A stretch of DNA of 64,000 nt from assembly GCF_018350175.1 (NCBI RefSeq), contig NC_058368.1, forward strand, positions 92,878,001 to 92,942,000, read 5' to 3'. The notes below the pieces were generated by a model. It was not told the origin of the DNA and searched no databases. It was given only the letters and a program-made list of their open reading frames with translations. The position numbers were made by a program, and so were the translations under genes. The DNA is from Felis catus (lineage: Eukaryota). Positions 49,955 to 61,806 of the stretch are shown one piece after another (the first letter of the stretch is position 1; every line of letters starts with the position of its first letter).

Positions 49955-50190
49955 GGGGCATGTGGGTAGCTCAGTCAGTTAACTGTTGGGACTTTGGCTC
50001 AGGTCATGATCTCACGGTTGGTGGGTTTGAGCCCCACGTCAGCCTCTGTGCTGACGGCTCAGAGCCTGGAGCCTGGAGCCTGCTTTGGATTCTGTGTCTC
50101 CCTCTCTCTGCCCCTGCCCCACTCTTACTTTCTCTCTCTTTCTCTGTATCTCTTTCTCTCAAAAATAAATAGACATTAAAAAATTAAAAA
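49955..50190 (+). mobile_element. CanSINE
   Basis: Internal GAGCCTG duplication; TSD-like ATCATCA. Confidence 0.93.
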
Positions 50191-51877
50191 AAAATCATCA
50201 CAAATATGCTAGAAAAAATTTATTCTGATCAAAACCAAGAATCAAATTCAAGAAACCATTTGTACCCAAAAGTTGTTCTTAGGTGGTTAAGACTTATTTT
50301 GGGTGACTTCTTTTGTCCTTTTTCAAATTTTTGGTTTTCCAGAATTCTGTAATTTTAATGTACCATATATAAACTAACAGGACTGACTGTAGTAAAGATT
50401 TCTTGTGTTGTGTGTGATACCTCTTCTGTGGACTCACTTCAAGTGTACAGTGTTTCTCATGAGGAATTTCTGTAATAAGTTGGCAAGTTGTAGCTAAGCA
50501 ACATTTGATCAGTTGAAAGTATCAGAAACAGCTGATCAAACCTGAATAACAAATAGAAGGAATTTATTAGTAATTCATCCAGAGAGTAAAGGTTAATTTC
50601 ATGGCATAATAATGCCACCAAGGATCCTTCCTTCTTTCTCATTTTCTCATAATTTTTGGTCCTGTTTTCTTGCTCTTTCCTGCTATCTCTCTTTCTGTAA
50701 GGTTGATTTTATCCTAAGACTGCCTCCTCTGTACCTGTTGTCAGCTGAGAGAATACCACAAACTGATTGGCTCAGGCATACATTTCATGCTCCTTCCTGA
50801 ATCAATTCTGAGCCAAAAAAGATAGGATTATCTTGACTGGTTCAGAGTGTGGTCCAAATTTGCTTATCTGACAAGACCCCCATTTCAAATGTTGAACACT
50901 TTTTTTTTTTGAAAATGGTGAGAAGCTTAACCCCAGGTTGGTGAGGCTGTGTCCAGACCTGCTCTGTCATCTCCCACCCCTCCATCATTACCCTATACAC
51001 AGGGCCATGTTGGAAAGGGATCTGTGCTAGAGGGCTTCCGGTTTCTTGGGCTGTTCCCTGAGAGCCTGCTAGTGATTCATACAAACATGGGGTTTTGTTG
51101 GCCACCCTGTTTCTATTACTTAGCCCTCCTACCTTCCTCATAGTCAACATTTCCTGCCTTTCTTACATGACCATCAGTTCTTTGTCCAGTGTTTTATTTT
51201 TGGACAAACCTTAGGGCCTCTTCCTTCAGGCTTTGGCTCTTGGTTTTCCAAGAAAAGTTTTGAAAATTTTCCAACCTTGTTCACTGTCTTTCCAGGCTTC
51301 TTGCATTTAAAAATGACTCTCAGGACCATTGTCTTTACTTACTATAGGTTTTTAAAAGTTGCATTTGGAGTTTAAAAGCCTAGAAGTCAACTCCTGGTTC
51401 TCACTGAGTTCTTTTCTGTCTTTTCTTCCCAGGGGCAATTGGCCTCAGTCTTTAAGTGCAGATTTAATTGCAGAAGGGCGTTAGGGTAAAATACAGGCTT
51501 TAAAGCAATTACATTAAGAAATATTTCAAAACATTGTCTTGCTGCCATAATAAATGCCAAGAATCATGCAGATATGAAATGCTGTAGGTGTTCAAAGAAA
51601 AGAGAAATTTCGTTCTAGCAAGGGAAATCAGATATTACTCCTGCAAGTAGTGGGACTTGAGCTAATTCTTCAAGAATAAGTACAAGTTTGGTAAGACAAA
51701 GAAAAGGTGAAGAGAAATGGGGTTATCTTTGGTGGCTTGCCTTTGTTGTAATGGGTTATATAGGCCAATATTCTCTGTGGTGAGCCTCTCCTTGCGCAGA
51801 GCTCGGGCAGGAGTTGATCCATATATTTGTAGGTGTAATTATTGTTCACAAATACCATTTCCCTCAAGAGGGTCCTT

Positions 51878-52245
51878 GATTTAGTCCATTTGGGCTGCTA
51901 TAATAAATTATAAAAATATAATAGGCTGGGTAACTTACAAATGAGAGAAATTGACTTCTCACAGTGCTAGAGGTTGAGAAGTCCAAAATTAAGATGCCAG
52001 CAGATTTGGTGTCTGGTGAGAGCCATGTCTTAGTTTGTAGAGGGCTGGCTTTGCTCCATGTCCTTACATGGCTGGATGGGTGAGGGAGCTCTCTGGGGTC
52101 TCTTTTATAAGGGCACTAATCCCCTTCATGAGGATCCACCTTCATGACCTAACCACTTCCCAGAGTCCCCACATCCAAATGCCATCCCACTGAGGGTTAG
52201 GTTTCAACACAGAAGTTTTGGAGGGACACAAAAATTCAATCTAAG
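51878..52245 (-). mobile_element. MaLR LTR (MLT1A/MST-like)
   Basis: TTAGTCCATTTGGGCTGCTATAA..GAAGTCCAA..TTTTATAAGGGCACTAATCCC..GGTTTCAACA..GGGACACAAA. Confidence 0.9.
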
Positions 52246-52925
52246 AATTCTCATTGCCTTCAGCAAGTATTTAAAAAGTACATATTTGCTTTCTAAGCTC
52301 AGTTAGCTCTCTCGAATTCCACGCTTCCTTTTTTTGCCCAGTCCTGTTTTCATGATTGCATTGGACTGCTCCTGTGCCTCTCAAAGTGGAGGGGGGTTGG
52401 GGGGTTGGGGGGTGGATGACTTGCAGAGATCTTCTTTCCATTTTCCTTTTGATGATAACGTAAAACAACAATAACAACAACTGAGAAGTAAACGTCCTAT
52501 CTTTAGTGATGATTCACATTGGAAAAGCTTTCTCAAAAAGTTAAATTTTAGTGTCTTGGCTTGTTTTTATGTATTTACTTTGTTTTCAGTTTGGGATGTG
52601 TGGACTGTTCATGAGGGTCCTTCCAGTCCTATGTAAGTTCTCTAATGAGTATCTTTACCAGGAACTGCTCTTACTGGTTCCTACCTTTGAAATTGCAACT
52701 TTACTCTTGGTTAGCCCCAGGTCCCTGGACATTTACTTAATCTCTCTGTGTCCTCTTCTGTGAAATTCGAATGATGAACCTCATGACTGTTTCTTGAAAG
52801 GATTAACTGAGAAAACTGTGTAAAGCCTGGTCACTGCTTTCATTATGGTTGGAATTATTTGATGACACAAAAGAAATTTCTGCATTGTCATTTCCCTTAT
52901 CCTATGTGTGCTGAGGGAGTGCTTC

Positions 52926-52961
52926 TTTTATTATTATTATTTTTTAATGTTTATTTATTTT

Positions 52962-52993
<32 letters not shown>

Positions 52994-53145
52994 GCGAGAG
53001 CGCTTGAGTGAGCAGGGAGGGGCAGAGAGAAGAGAGAGAGAATCCCATGAATCCCACAGGGCTTGATCTCACAACCCATGAGAGTATGACCTGAGCCAAA
53101 ATCAAGAGATGAATGTTCAACTGAGTGAGCCACCCGGGCTCTCCT
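52926..53145 (-). mobile_element. CanSINE with (GAGC)n
   Basis: Reverse SINE body with internal deletion. Confidence 0.9.
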
Positions 53146-54113
53146 GTTGAGGGTGTATTTCTTGGGGGTATTGTAATTACAAGCTCTCTTATAATTGCAG
53201 AAGGGCGTTAGGGTAAAATACTCTCTTATAATCTCTTATAATCTGTTTCTGAAGGATGAAACATTCTTTGGGGACATGGACTTACCCCCCCTTCTCCTGG
53301 TCTTCCTGGTGTTACCAGGAGTAGTGGTGTTTCCAGTGCCCCACGTGCCATGCTTTCTTTACTGTTACCTCCCTGCATTGAGCTCCCAGGAACTCCCAGG
53401 AGCACTGAGCTCCCAGAAGGCTAGTGTGGGAGCCAAGCTGACACAACATGACATTGGCTGTTGTGAGCACTCCTCAGCTGACAGGAAGCTGAGTCCGCCT
53501 TAACTTCTTAGCTGAGAAGTTATTCCATAGAAACCTACAGAAGGGATAAGAACTGATCCACTCAGCATGGGACAGAATTCAGCCCACAGGGTAACAGTCT
53601 GACAAAGTTTTTCTGCTGGAGCGAAACCAAATTTATTTGACTGAAGATATGTAACAGCTCAGGTTTGTTAAGTCACTCGTAAAAGCAAAGCACTTTACCT
53701 ATGTTATCTCTAATGTTCCCTTCAAAAAATCCTCGTGAGTTATGAATGACTACTTTAGATTTGAATATACTGATACTCAGCATTAAGTAGCACTCCAAAA
53801 TATTACAATCAACATCTGTCAAGCTTCAAAGAAGTCTCTTTCCACCTGCCCAAGAATTGGAGCATGTCCATTGGAATTGCTTTAGATGGGGGACAGACTG
53901 CTGACCGTGCTCTTGTCTAGGGACCGATGTCCCCCATAGTGCCTTGTTTTTGTGTTGTTGAACTTGAATCAGTTCAGCTTGATTGAACTTTTTGTATTAT
54001 TGAACTTGAATCATGCTTGACCTTGCATAGTTATTAGTAGTTCTTCATTTTGTAACTTAAGTCTCCCCCTAAAATGTACATTCCTAGCAGACTGAGATTT
54101 TTGTCTATATTTC

Positions 54114-54321
54114 TTTTTTTTTAATGTTTATTTATTTTTGAGACAGAGAAAGAGAATTAACAGGGGAGGGTCAGAGAGAGAGGGAGACACAGAATCTGAA
54201 ACAGGCTCCAGGCTCTGAGCGGTCAGCGCAGAGCCCAGCATGGGGCTTGAACTCACGGACTGCGAGATCATGACCTGAGTTGAAGTTTGATGCTTAACCA
54301 ACTGAGCCACCCAGGCGCCCC
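54114..54321 (-). mobile_element. CanSINE
   Basis: TSD TTGTCTATATTTCTTT. Confidence 0.95.
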
Positions 54322-55539
54322 ATTGTCTATATTTCTTTATGTATCCTGCCATATTGACCACAGTACCATAAACATTTATTTGTTCATTCCACATATAGTT
54401 ATTTCGGACCTGCTTCATTCAAAGCACTGTATCTGATAGATGGCTGCTGGCCACAAAATATATAGACATGAGATCCATAATCATTAAGAGATTCCTCATC
54501 TAGTAGTAGAACTCAAGCGATTGGAATAACAATAGAAGAGGATAGATATTAACTTTGGGAAGTAATCAGAAACAATGAAAATGGACGGTTGGCCCAGGAA
54601 AGGAAGACAAAATCAGCAGCAGGAGGCACATAGAATTTTATTTTATTTATTTTACATTGAATTCCCCTGAGAGAAAGGACCATGAGAGGTTGTTTCTCCA
54701 GGCCTTGTGATTCCACCATTGCATAGGAGAGTTCTGAGCATTAGATGGACACTAAGTACTCTGGAGGGTCTGTCCATTCTGCCATGAGGTCCCTGAGGAC
54801 AATTTACAGGAAGTGTGGGTTTCGGACAAGGTGCCTGAGGCAGGTCAGCCACACAACTGCCATCAGAAGGATAAAAAAGTTACCCAAACATCTGTTACTC
54901 TGCACTTCAAGGGCCATGTTAGTTAGACTCAGAAGGTGAGAACCAGAGACAAGCCTCTGTGGAAGGTTCAGATGTAAGATAGAAGACTTGTCCTTGGAAA
55001 GGGCTGCGAGAGGCCCCATACACAGCAACACGCAGACAGGTAGAACCATTTTAAGCAAAGCACAAGAGGCAGTAAACTTGGATATATGTCAATGGACTGG
55101 AACCAGTTTGCCAAAAAGTCACTTCAATTTGGCATACTGGACATGGGGCAAGTTGACTTTTGGTGAATTGGCTTGCATCCGGAAATCTTGGGACATACAT
55201 AAAAAGGGAGAAGAGTTGAACAAAACAGTATTGATTGCTCTCCTGCTAGGTATTAGATGCTGGGACTCAGTGCTTTGTATATATCATCATATTTCACGGT
55301 TCCAGCAAGGCTTTATGGTAGGTATTAATTATACTGTTTTTCAGATGAGAAAAGCTGAACATCATTGTTTATAGAATATAGAGGGGTAAAGGTTTGGCTC
55401 AAGATCTCTCAGTCTCTTAGTTAGAGAGCTAGGATTTGAACACAGATTTTTTTTTTTTTTTTGGTTTTAACACACTGTAGTTTTTGCTTCAAAATGCAGC
55501 CCAATTTGTGTTGAAGTAGAGGTTACGAAGGGAAGTTGG

Positions 55540-56510
55540 TGGAAATAGGTTTATATGGGCAGGTTGAGGCCAGAGCTTGAGTACTAAGCCAAAGATCTTA
55601 AACTTGAGGAGTGGAAACCACTGATTCATTGGAAGAGAGTGACATTTCCTTATTTGTGCTTTGAGAAAATTAATCTTATGGTGACTGTGCACAGTATCCA
55701 AGAGACCATTTAAGAACCCATTGCAAGAGGTTCTGTAAGAAATAAGAACCTAGCTAGGGTCACAATGAAAATAGCAAATCAAGAGAAATTGGGAATTGAT
55801 TGGATATAGGGCACTAGAAAAAGAGAAAAGATTATGACAAAAGTATTATAATTGAGGGGATCCACTATAAAAAGCAGATTCAGGAGGAGAGACCACATGC
55901 TATATTTTTGACGTTGTGTATTTGAGCTATCAATTGTATACACAAACAGAGAAATCCTTTTGGTAGGGGAAAACTTGTGACTTGCCCTTGGATAAAGTTT
56001 TGGCTGAGATATGATTTAGGAGTCATTTGCATAAAAAGAAAGTAAGGAGAAACAGTGCCAAACACTGTCTGAATGAAATTACTTAGGAAGGAAAGTAGAG
56101 TCAGAAGATAAAGTCAGGCTGAGGACTAAACCTCTGAGTACATTCAATGAATGAAGAGGTTCCCCGAGGTAGAAGGGTTGGGCAGTGAAGGAGGAGAAAC
56201 AGAAAAGAGCACTGATTTTAAGAGAATAGTGGGAAGAAAGGACCATGGGAAAAAAATAGAACCAATATCAGAGAACTCAAGGAGGGTAAGACTGAACACC
56301 ATTTCATATTTTAGTAAAGAGGTCATTGGTAACATTTAAAAAATGAGAGGATATAGAATGAGGGCCAGGAAAGCTAAGCAGCCAGAGGTTATGGAGCGGG
56401 TAGGTGATTAGCTGTAAGGAAGGAGGGTCAACCAAAGTAAACTTATCTTTCCAGAGAGTTGGTTGTAAAGGAAAATAAAAGAGAGAGCCAGAAATCTAGA
56501 GCGACAGCTA
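55540..56510 (-). mobile_element. L2 remnants
   Basis: TTTGAGAAAATTAATCT, GATTTAGGAGTCATTTGCATA, GAGGTCATTGGTAAC, TCTTTCCAGAGAGTTGG. Confidence 0.6.
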
Positions 56511-56728
56511 ATGTGAGAGGAAGCTTGGTGACCCATATATTGGTGAGAGGAAGTGACCCAGGGATAGCCTCAAGTTTTTTTTTGTTTTTTTTTTTTTTTT
56601 TTTTACTATCATGGGTATTTCATTCATGAGTCCATTGGAACACCACTGGAATATCTGAGGAAAGATGCTGGTTGACATCTACAAGGAATGCTCTCTGGTG
56701 GACATTAGGATGGAACCAAAAATCTATT

Positions 56729-56957
56729 CTTTTTTTTTTAATGTTTATTTTTGAGAGAGAGACAAAGAAAAAGAGAGAGACAGAGTGCAAAAGGGGGAGG
56801 GACAGAGAGAAAGTGGGAGACCAGAATCTGAAGCAGGCTCCAGGCTCCGAGCTGTCAGCACAGAGCCTGACGTGGGGCTCGAACTCACGAACCATGAGAT
56901 CATGACCTAAGCCCAAGTTGGATGCTTAAAACTGACTGAGCCACCCAGGTGCCCCCC
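56729..56957 (-). mobile_element. CanSINE in ERV-L pol
   Basis: TSD AAAATC(T/C)ATTCTTT. Confidence 0.95.
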
Positions 56958-57833
56958 AAAATCCATTCTTTATTTCCACTGCTATGGGTCCATCTATGTA
57001 CTTCTCCAGAATTTCTTGGCTCCACTTCTCTAATAATATCCATTTCTGGCCCCTGAACCACCAGCCAAGCCATACAGCATTGTTTAGGAGACCATACATA
57101 CCTATACCCAAGCCACGTTTTCCCCATACAAAATGAATAACCAAGCATACTGATCAAAGTTCTGCCTACTGGAAGAATTTCCCTTCGTCACTGTCCTTAA
57201 GAGCTACTGCAGAGAGGGCCTATAGGCGACAGCTGTCTATTTTCAGCTAGTGCTACCATATTGAGCCAACCCATTTCTGAAGCAGGCTTGAGGATCTTCT
57301 CTTCCATCGGTTAGTTATAGGGAACTTCTCATGAGGCCATAGGTGTGAATTGGTGGAAAGGACTTGGTGCCACACAAGCAGGTGCCAGGGGAGTCTGGAC
57401 CACCTATCATGCAGTGTTTTTCGGCTTTTTGGACCCGTTAAGACTCAACTTTGAATATACCATTTCCAACATATAGTACCTGGCTATTGAGTCTGCCCAC
57501 ACTTAATGATTACGGTGAATTTTTCATACCAACTCATGATGGGAACTCTGGGCACACAGTCACTTTGTGGCTCATAGTCAAGTTCTTCATCTAAACAGGG
57601 CCATATAGCATGCCTGAAGCTGTATATGGTGCCTTCAGAATCGAATGAGACCCATCAAGTGCTATGCCTGTTATTTGGTATGACAGTTTTGAGATGTTAC
57701 ACTTTGTGTTTTGCCTTAGCTCGGGGGGGGGGGGAGAGGGGCACGGGCGGCTGGGGGCATGTCCCAACATGCCACAGACCATTGGACTCTTAAAGTATTA
57801 GCCTAAGTAGCAGATCCTGAAGTTTTTTGAGAT

Positions 57834-58690
57834 TGTACCAGTCGGGGTATAATCATGGCACAGAAACACGATAATTAGAACGAGGAAAGTGTCGTATCAG
57901 GAACTATTAACTGTAACAGGAGAATAACTAAAATGGTTTAAAGAAAACTGAAGAATACCCTAGGGTTGACAAGAATATGGAAGGAAGGAGCTAATTTGCC
58001 AAGAGCTTCCCTTCCCAAGGCTGAGATTCAAATTTGTGGAATAAATTCGGTTGCTGCCCATTACATAGCAGAGAATTCACCAGTTTGTTCAGGCCATAGA
58101 TGGCCCACAATTGGTAGGCAAACAGGAAATACCTCTCTGGACACAAGTAGGGCTGGTGGGTGGCATCACAGAAGGCATCAGTCTCAGGAGCCTATTCAAT
58201 ATCTGGAGGGCGGGGGAAACAAGGCTCCAGGATGCAGATGGATGTAGGCTGGCGGGTGGGCAGACAGGAAGAGTCAGGACATTAGGAGCTTGCTCACCAG
58301 CAGGGGAGCATAAGGCCCAGAGAGCTTGTGTTTCTATCCAGCGGGCTCAGCGAGGTGGTCATGGGGCCAAAGCTGCAGCTGCAAGCTCACCAATGGATCG
58401 TGTGCCCTGGGCTTGCAGCCTTGGCAAGGTGTCTCTGGATGTCCCCACACATGCGTTTCTGCTAACTGCAGAGCTGCGGTGAGAACCAGCAAGACGGCAG
58501 CATACCTGAACCAAGAAGAGAAGACCCTTTCCTTTGCAGTGTCCCTCCAGTGCCCTCTATTGGCCAATTGAATATTATACTCCCTGCAAAGGAGAGATGC
58601 TTAAATGTTCTCAAGTTCCCAAAGGTTGCCATAGAAGTGGTTGACGTAGCGTGGATTTGGAGCCTAGGTGTTAACTTTGAAACTGGCACA
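57834..58690. mobile_element. Solo LTR (ERVL class, LTR41/LTR50-like) inserted into the ERV-L RT
   Basis: Starts TGTACCAGTC, ends ACTGGCACA; 5-bp TSD GAGAT (57829-57833) / GGGAT (58691-58695); RT-like sequence resumes on both sides. Confidence 0.82.
58548..58566 (-). promoter_or_regulatory. CTCF-like core motif within the solo LTR
   Basis: Minus strand TGGCCAATAGAGGGCACTG closely matches the CTCF core. Confidence 0.55.
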
Positions 58691-59321
58691 GGGATTCAGT
58701 CTCCATGCTGCAGCATGCATGTTTCTATTAGGATAATTGTTGCTTCCTGATCATCAGGCCTGATAACCTGATGCCATCAATATAGTGAAACAGCATGGTA
58801 TTCTGTGATATGTTGAGTTGAACGAGGTCCCTATAGATTGTACTGTGACAGTGAGCTGTCATGGTCCTGGAGCTAGATGGTGAATGTGAATCGGTATCTT
58901 TACCCCATAAAAACCAAACTGCTTTTGATTTCCATACCAGTGGGGATTGAGAAAGCTGGGCTCACCAGCACCACAGCCTTCACCAGACCCGTGGCTGCAT
59001 GCCACTTGCCAGAGTCTGCATCCGTTTCTCCAGTAGGATACCTCATTCAGCCCTGCAGCTGTGGTTAAAGCTGGAGGTTGGTTGGCTCCTTGGGTGTGCA
59101 TTATCATGCATCATAACTCTTACTGATTTTGCAGAGACCCAACAGATATGTTGAATACAATGGGGAGCATTTTCATCCTTTGTTTTTGAAAGTGGTACTA
59201 ATCTCTGCAATTCTTCCTGGAGTATGTCATTATTTCTAACTTAGTATTTTAATGGGGGGCGGGCAGTTTCTAAGGCTTACACTTGACTGTGTCTACAAAA
59301 ATGATTCATGTTTCTCTGGTC

Positions 59322-59521
59322 ATACTTAATACTAATATTATATATTAGTATTACACAATGCTAATATTATAGTATATATTATATATAGTATATATTATAT
59401 AGTATTTATACTATTTATTGTATATGTGGTATATATTATATAATACTAATATTATGTAGTATATATCATATAATATATAGTGTGTATGTGTGTATACACA
59501 CACACACACATACACACACAC
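59322..59521. repeat. AT-rich complex repeat plus (CA)n inside the provirus
   Basis: Directly visible. Confidence 0.95.
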
Positions 59522-60225
59522 TAATTTGTGTACTTAGGGCCCAGGGAAAGAGCCACAGGACATTTCTGGGGACCCAATAGGGATATACTTGGGCCAGAAA
59601 TACATTCATTGCCAGCCTTCCGTCAGTCCCCACTTAATAATGGGGCCGTGAGGATGCTTTGGTACCCCTTGTGTCAGTGGTAAAGTCTCTGTCTGGTGAT
59701 CCTTGAAAGTATGGATAACTTTTCCCCAGGTGCAGAGTTATTGATAAATGGCTGTAGATACCTTTGAAGGAGGGCTACTGGAATATTTCTTCTACACATT
59801 AATGTTGGCATTGCCGGATTATCTCATCAGTCACTGGTTCTGGTTCTGTTGACCAACTCAGATCTGGAGACAGGCTGATGAATCATGATTTCTTCCATTA
59901 CAGAACTGACCCCAGAGTTCTGCTTGCCAGTTCCTGATATTTTTTTAAGTAACACACTAGTGACTATATACATATTGCTCTTAATTCTAAGCCCTATGGG
60001 TCTGATTAGCACTGTCAACTTGTTGTTCATTGTGGTAATTACATCAGCCTCTCCTCTGATGGTTAAATGCCACCCACCTTCCTTCTCCCATTCTGGAACC
60101 CTGCCATCTTCATTGATGCTATGGTAGCATGGTAGAATCTTTTATTGTAAATTCTGACCTAGAAGGGACAGCCACCACACTATGTGGTTTTCACAGATGT
60201 CAGTGTACTCTTACCAGTGCATATT

Positions 60226-60659
60226 CTTTTTCTTTAAAAAAATTGTTTTAATGTTTATTTATTTAATTCTGAGAGAGAGAGAGAGACAGAGCACGAGCAG
60301 GGGAGGAGCAGAGAGAGAAGGAGACACAGAATCTGAAACAGGCTCCAGGCTCTGAGCTGTCAGCACAGAGCCTGACGTGGGGCTCAAACTCACAAACTGT
60401 GAGATCATGACCTGAGCCAAAGCCGGACGCTCAACCAGCTGAGCCACCCAGGCTCCCCCTTTTTCTTTTTAAAAAATATTTATTTATTTTGAGAGAGAGA
60501 GAGAGAGAGGCAGAGAGAGAGGGAGAGACAGAATCCCAAGCAGGCTCTGCACTGTCAGCACAGAGCCTGATGTGGGGCTCGATCTTATGAACACTGAAAT
60601 CATGACTCGAGCTGAAATCAAGAGTTGGATGCTTACTCGTCTGAGCCACATGGGTCCCC
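60226..60659 (-). mobile_element. Two tandem CanSINEs in ERV-L gag (60226-60458, 60460-60659)
   Basis: Outer TSD ACCAGTGCAT. Confidence 0.94.
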
Positions 60660-61285
60660 ACCAGTGCATTTTTTTTTTAATTGCCTTAATGAAGACACCA
60701 TTCTCTGGGCTCTTCTGGGAAAATAGTCAGGGGCTAAGTTTTCTGATTGTATATAGTAAGTCTCTTCTGACCCCGTACCCGCTCAAGCATCTAAGCTCAG
60801 TACTCTACTAAGATAGTTTTAGCATCTCCAAGTCATTTACCATAGACCCTCGCTTCAAGGAGCCTTTCAAGCAGCGTATTAGGACTGGCTCCATGGGTGC
60901 CTGCCAGGACATTGGCCATCAGCCTATTCCTCCTCATAAACCCCTATTCAACTTTATGCCTCCTCACACACACACTCCCAAGATCTTCACAATCCATCCC
61001 TACATGCAGCTCAGCCATTTCTCCTGGTGCCTATTAGCTGATTCCTTCATCGTGGAAAAGTATTTCCTCCCAGAGAAGGAACTGCACTCCCGTAGCAGGC
61101 TTTGCTGTGGCATTCTCCTACCCCATCCCAATCCATCACATCTGAGAATAATTCTGATGCCATGACATGCTGGGGATTACCACCACTGCACCACCAATAA
61201 CGGGTCCTTATTGCTGTTTGGCCAGTAAGTGATCCAGCTCCAAATCCCATCATAACATCTTTCCACAGACAGCTTTGGTACGGAC

Positions 61286-61770
61286 TGTTTTATCCTTAGC
61301 CTCCCTGAGGGCTCTGCTTGAGCTGAAGACTTGTATACAGGTAGTTTATGGGGGAAGTGATCCTAGAGAAAGGGAGTGGGGGGTCTGGGAGGGGAAACTG
61401 AGAAGGAAATGGTGTAAGAGCTGGAACTATCAAGTTGGCCACATTGCAGATGCCTGATGCTTGAACCTGTGTCTGTCAAGAACAGACTCGTGGTCGTGAA
61501 ATCCCCTGAAATTCTGGGTTATATATGTGTGAGTGTCCAGTGTGTGCTCACAAATGTCCCCCATGCCAGTGTCAGAGATCCCCCGGAACAGGAAGCAAGA
61601 GCACACTGTTCAAGTTGAGGCGTTGGCGTAGTGTATGTGAATTCTGTCAAAGCCATTATGGAACAGGGGGTAATGATAATGGCTCTAGTAAGTTGGGGCT
61701 GGAAGGATGTTAAATGTTGTGTAATAGTTATCCAAATCACTAAGGGAGCACACAGCAATGGCTCACACCA
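61286..61770 (-). mobile_element. 5' LTR of the provirus (LTR16-like); distal boundary approximate
   Basis: GTAGTTTATGGGGGAAGTGATCC..GGGAGTGGGG resembles reverse LTR16; minus strand ends ..ACA followed by a degenerate PBS-like GTCCGTACCA and then the gag start. Confidence 0.7.
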
Positions 61771-61772
61771 GC

Positions 61773-61806
61773 ATGGATGGATGGATGGATGGATGGATGG
61801 ATGGAT
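61773..61806. repeat. (GGAT)n tetranucleotide repeat
   Basis: Directly visible. Confidence 0.97.

Larger units (their letters stand above)
56535..61285 (-). pseudogene. Decayed ERV-L-class provirus internal region (gag-pro-pol to start of integrase; ERV3-16A3/ERVL-E-like)
   Basis: Collinear minus-strand peptide remnants with many stops and frameshifts: gag near 61250 (..SWITYW..DP; NPQHVMASELFSDVMDWDG), AFNHQRRG*CNYHNEQQ from 60070; protease VGTDGRLAMNVFLAQV 59586-59633; RT NQKQFGF, RDLVQLNISQNTMLFHYIDGI (HYIDG 58773-58787), RVQWSVACWDMP; LTMSHKVTVCPEF 57529-57581; WKWYIQ 57451-57468; RNase H LVIHFVWGK, GLAGGSG; HPNVHQR..VVFQWTHE. Confidence 0.88.

Noticed and set aside
56535..61285. Domesticated or intact retroviral gene
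   Set aside because: Numerous stops, frameshifts, deletions, nested insertions and lost catalytic residues; no long ORF.
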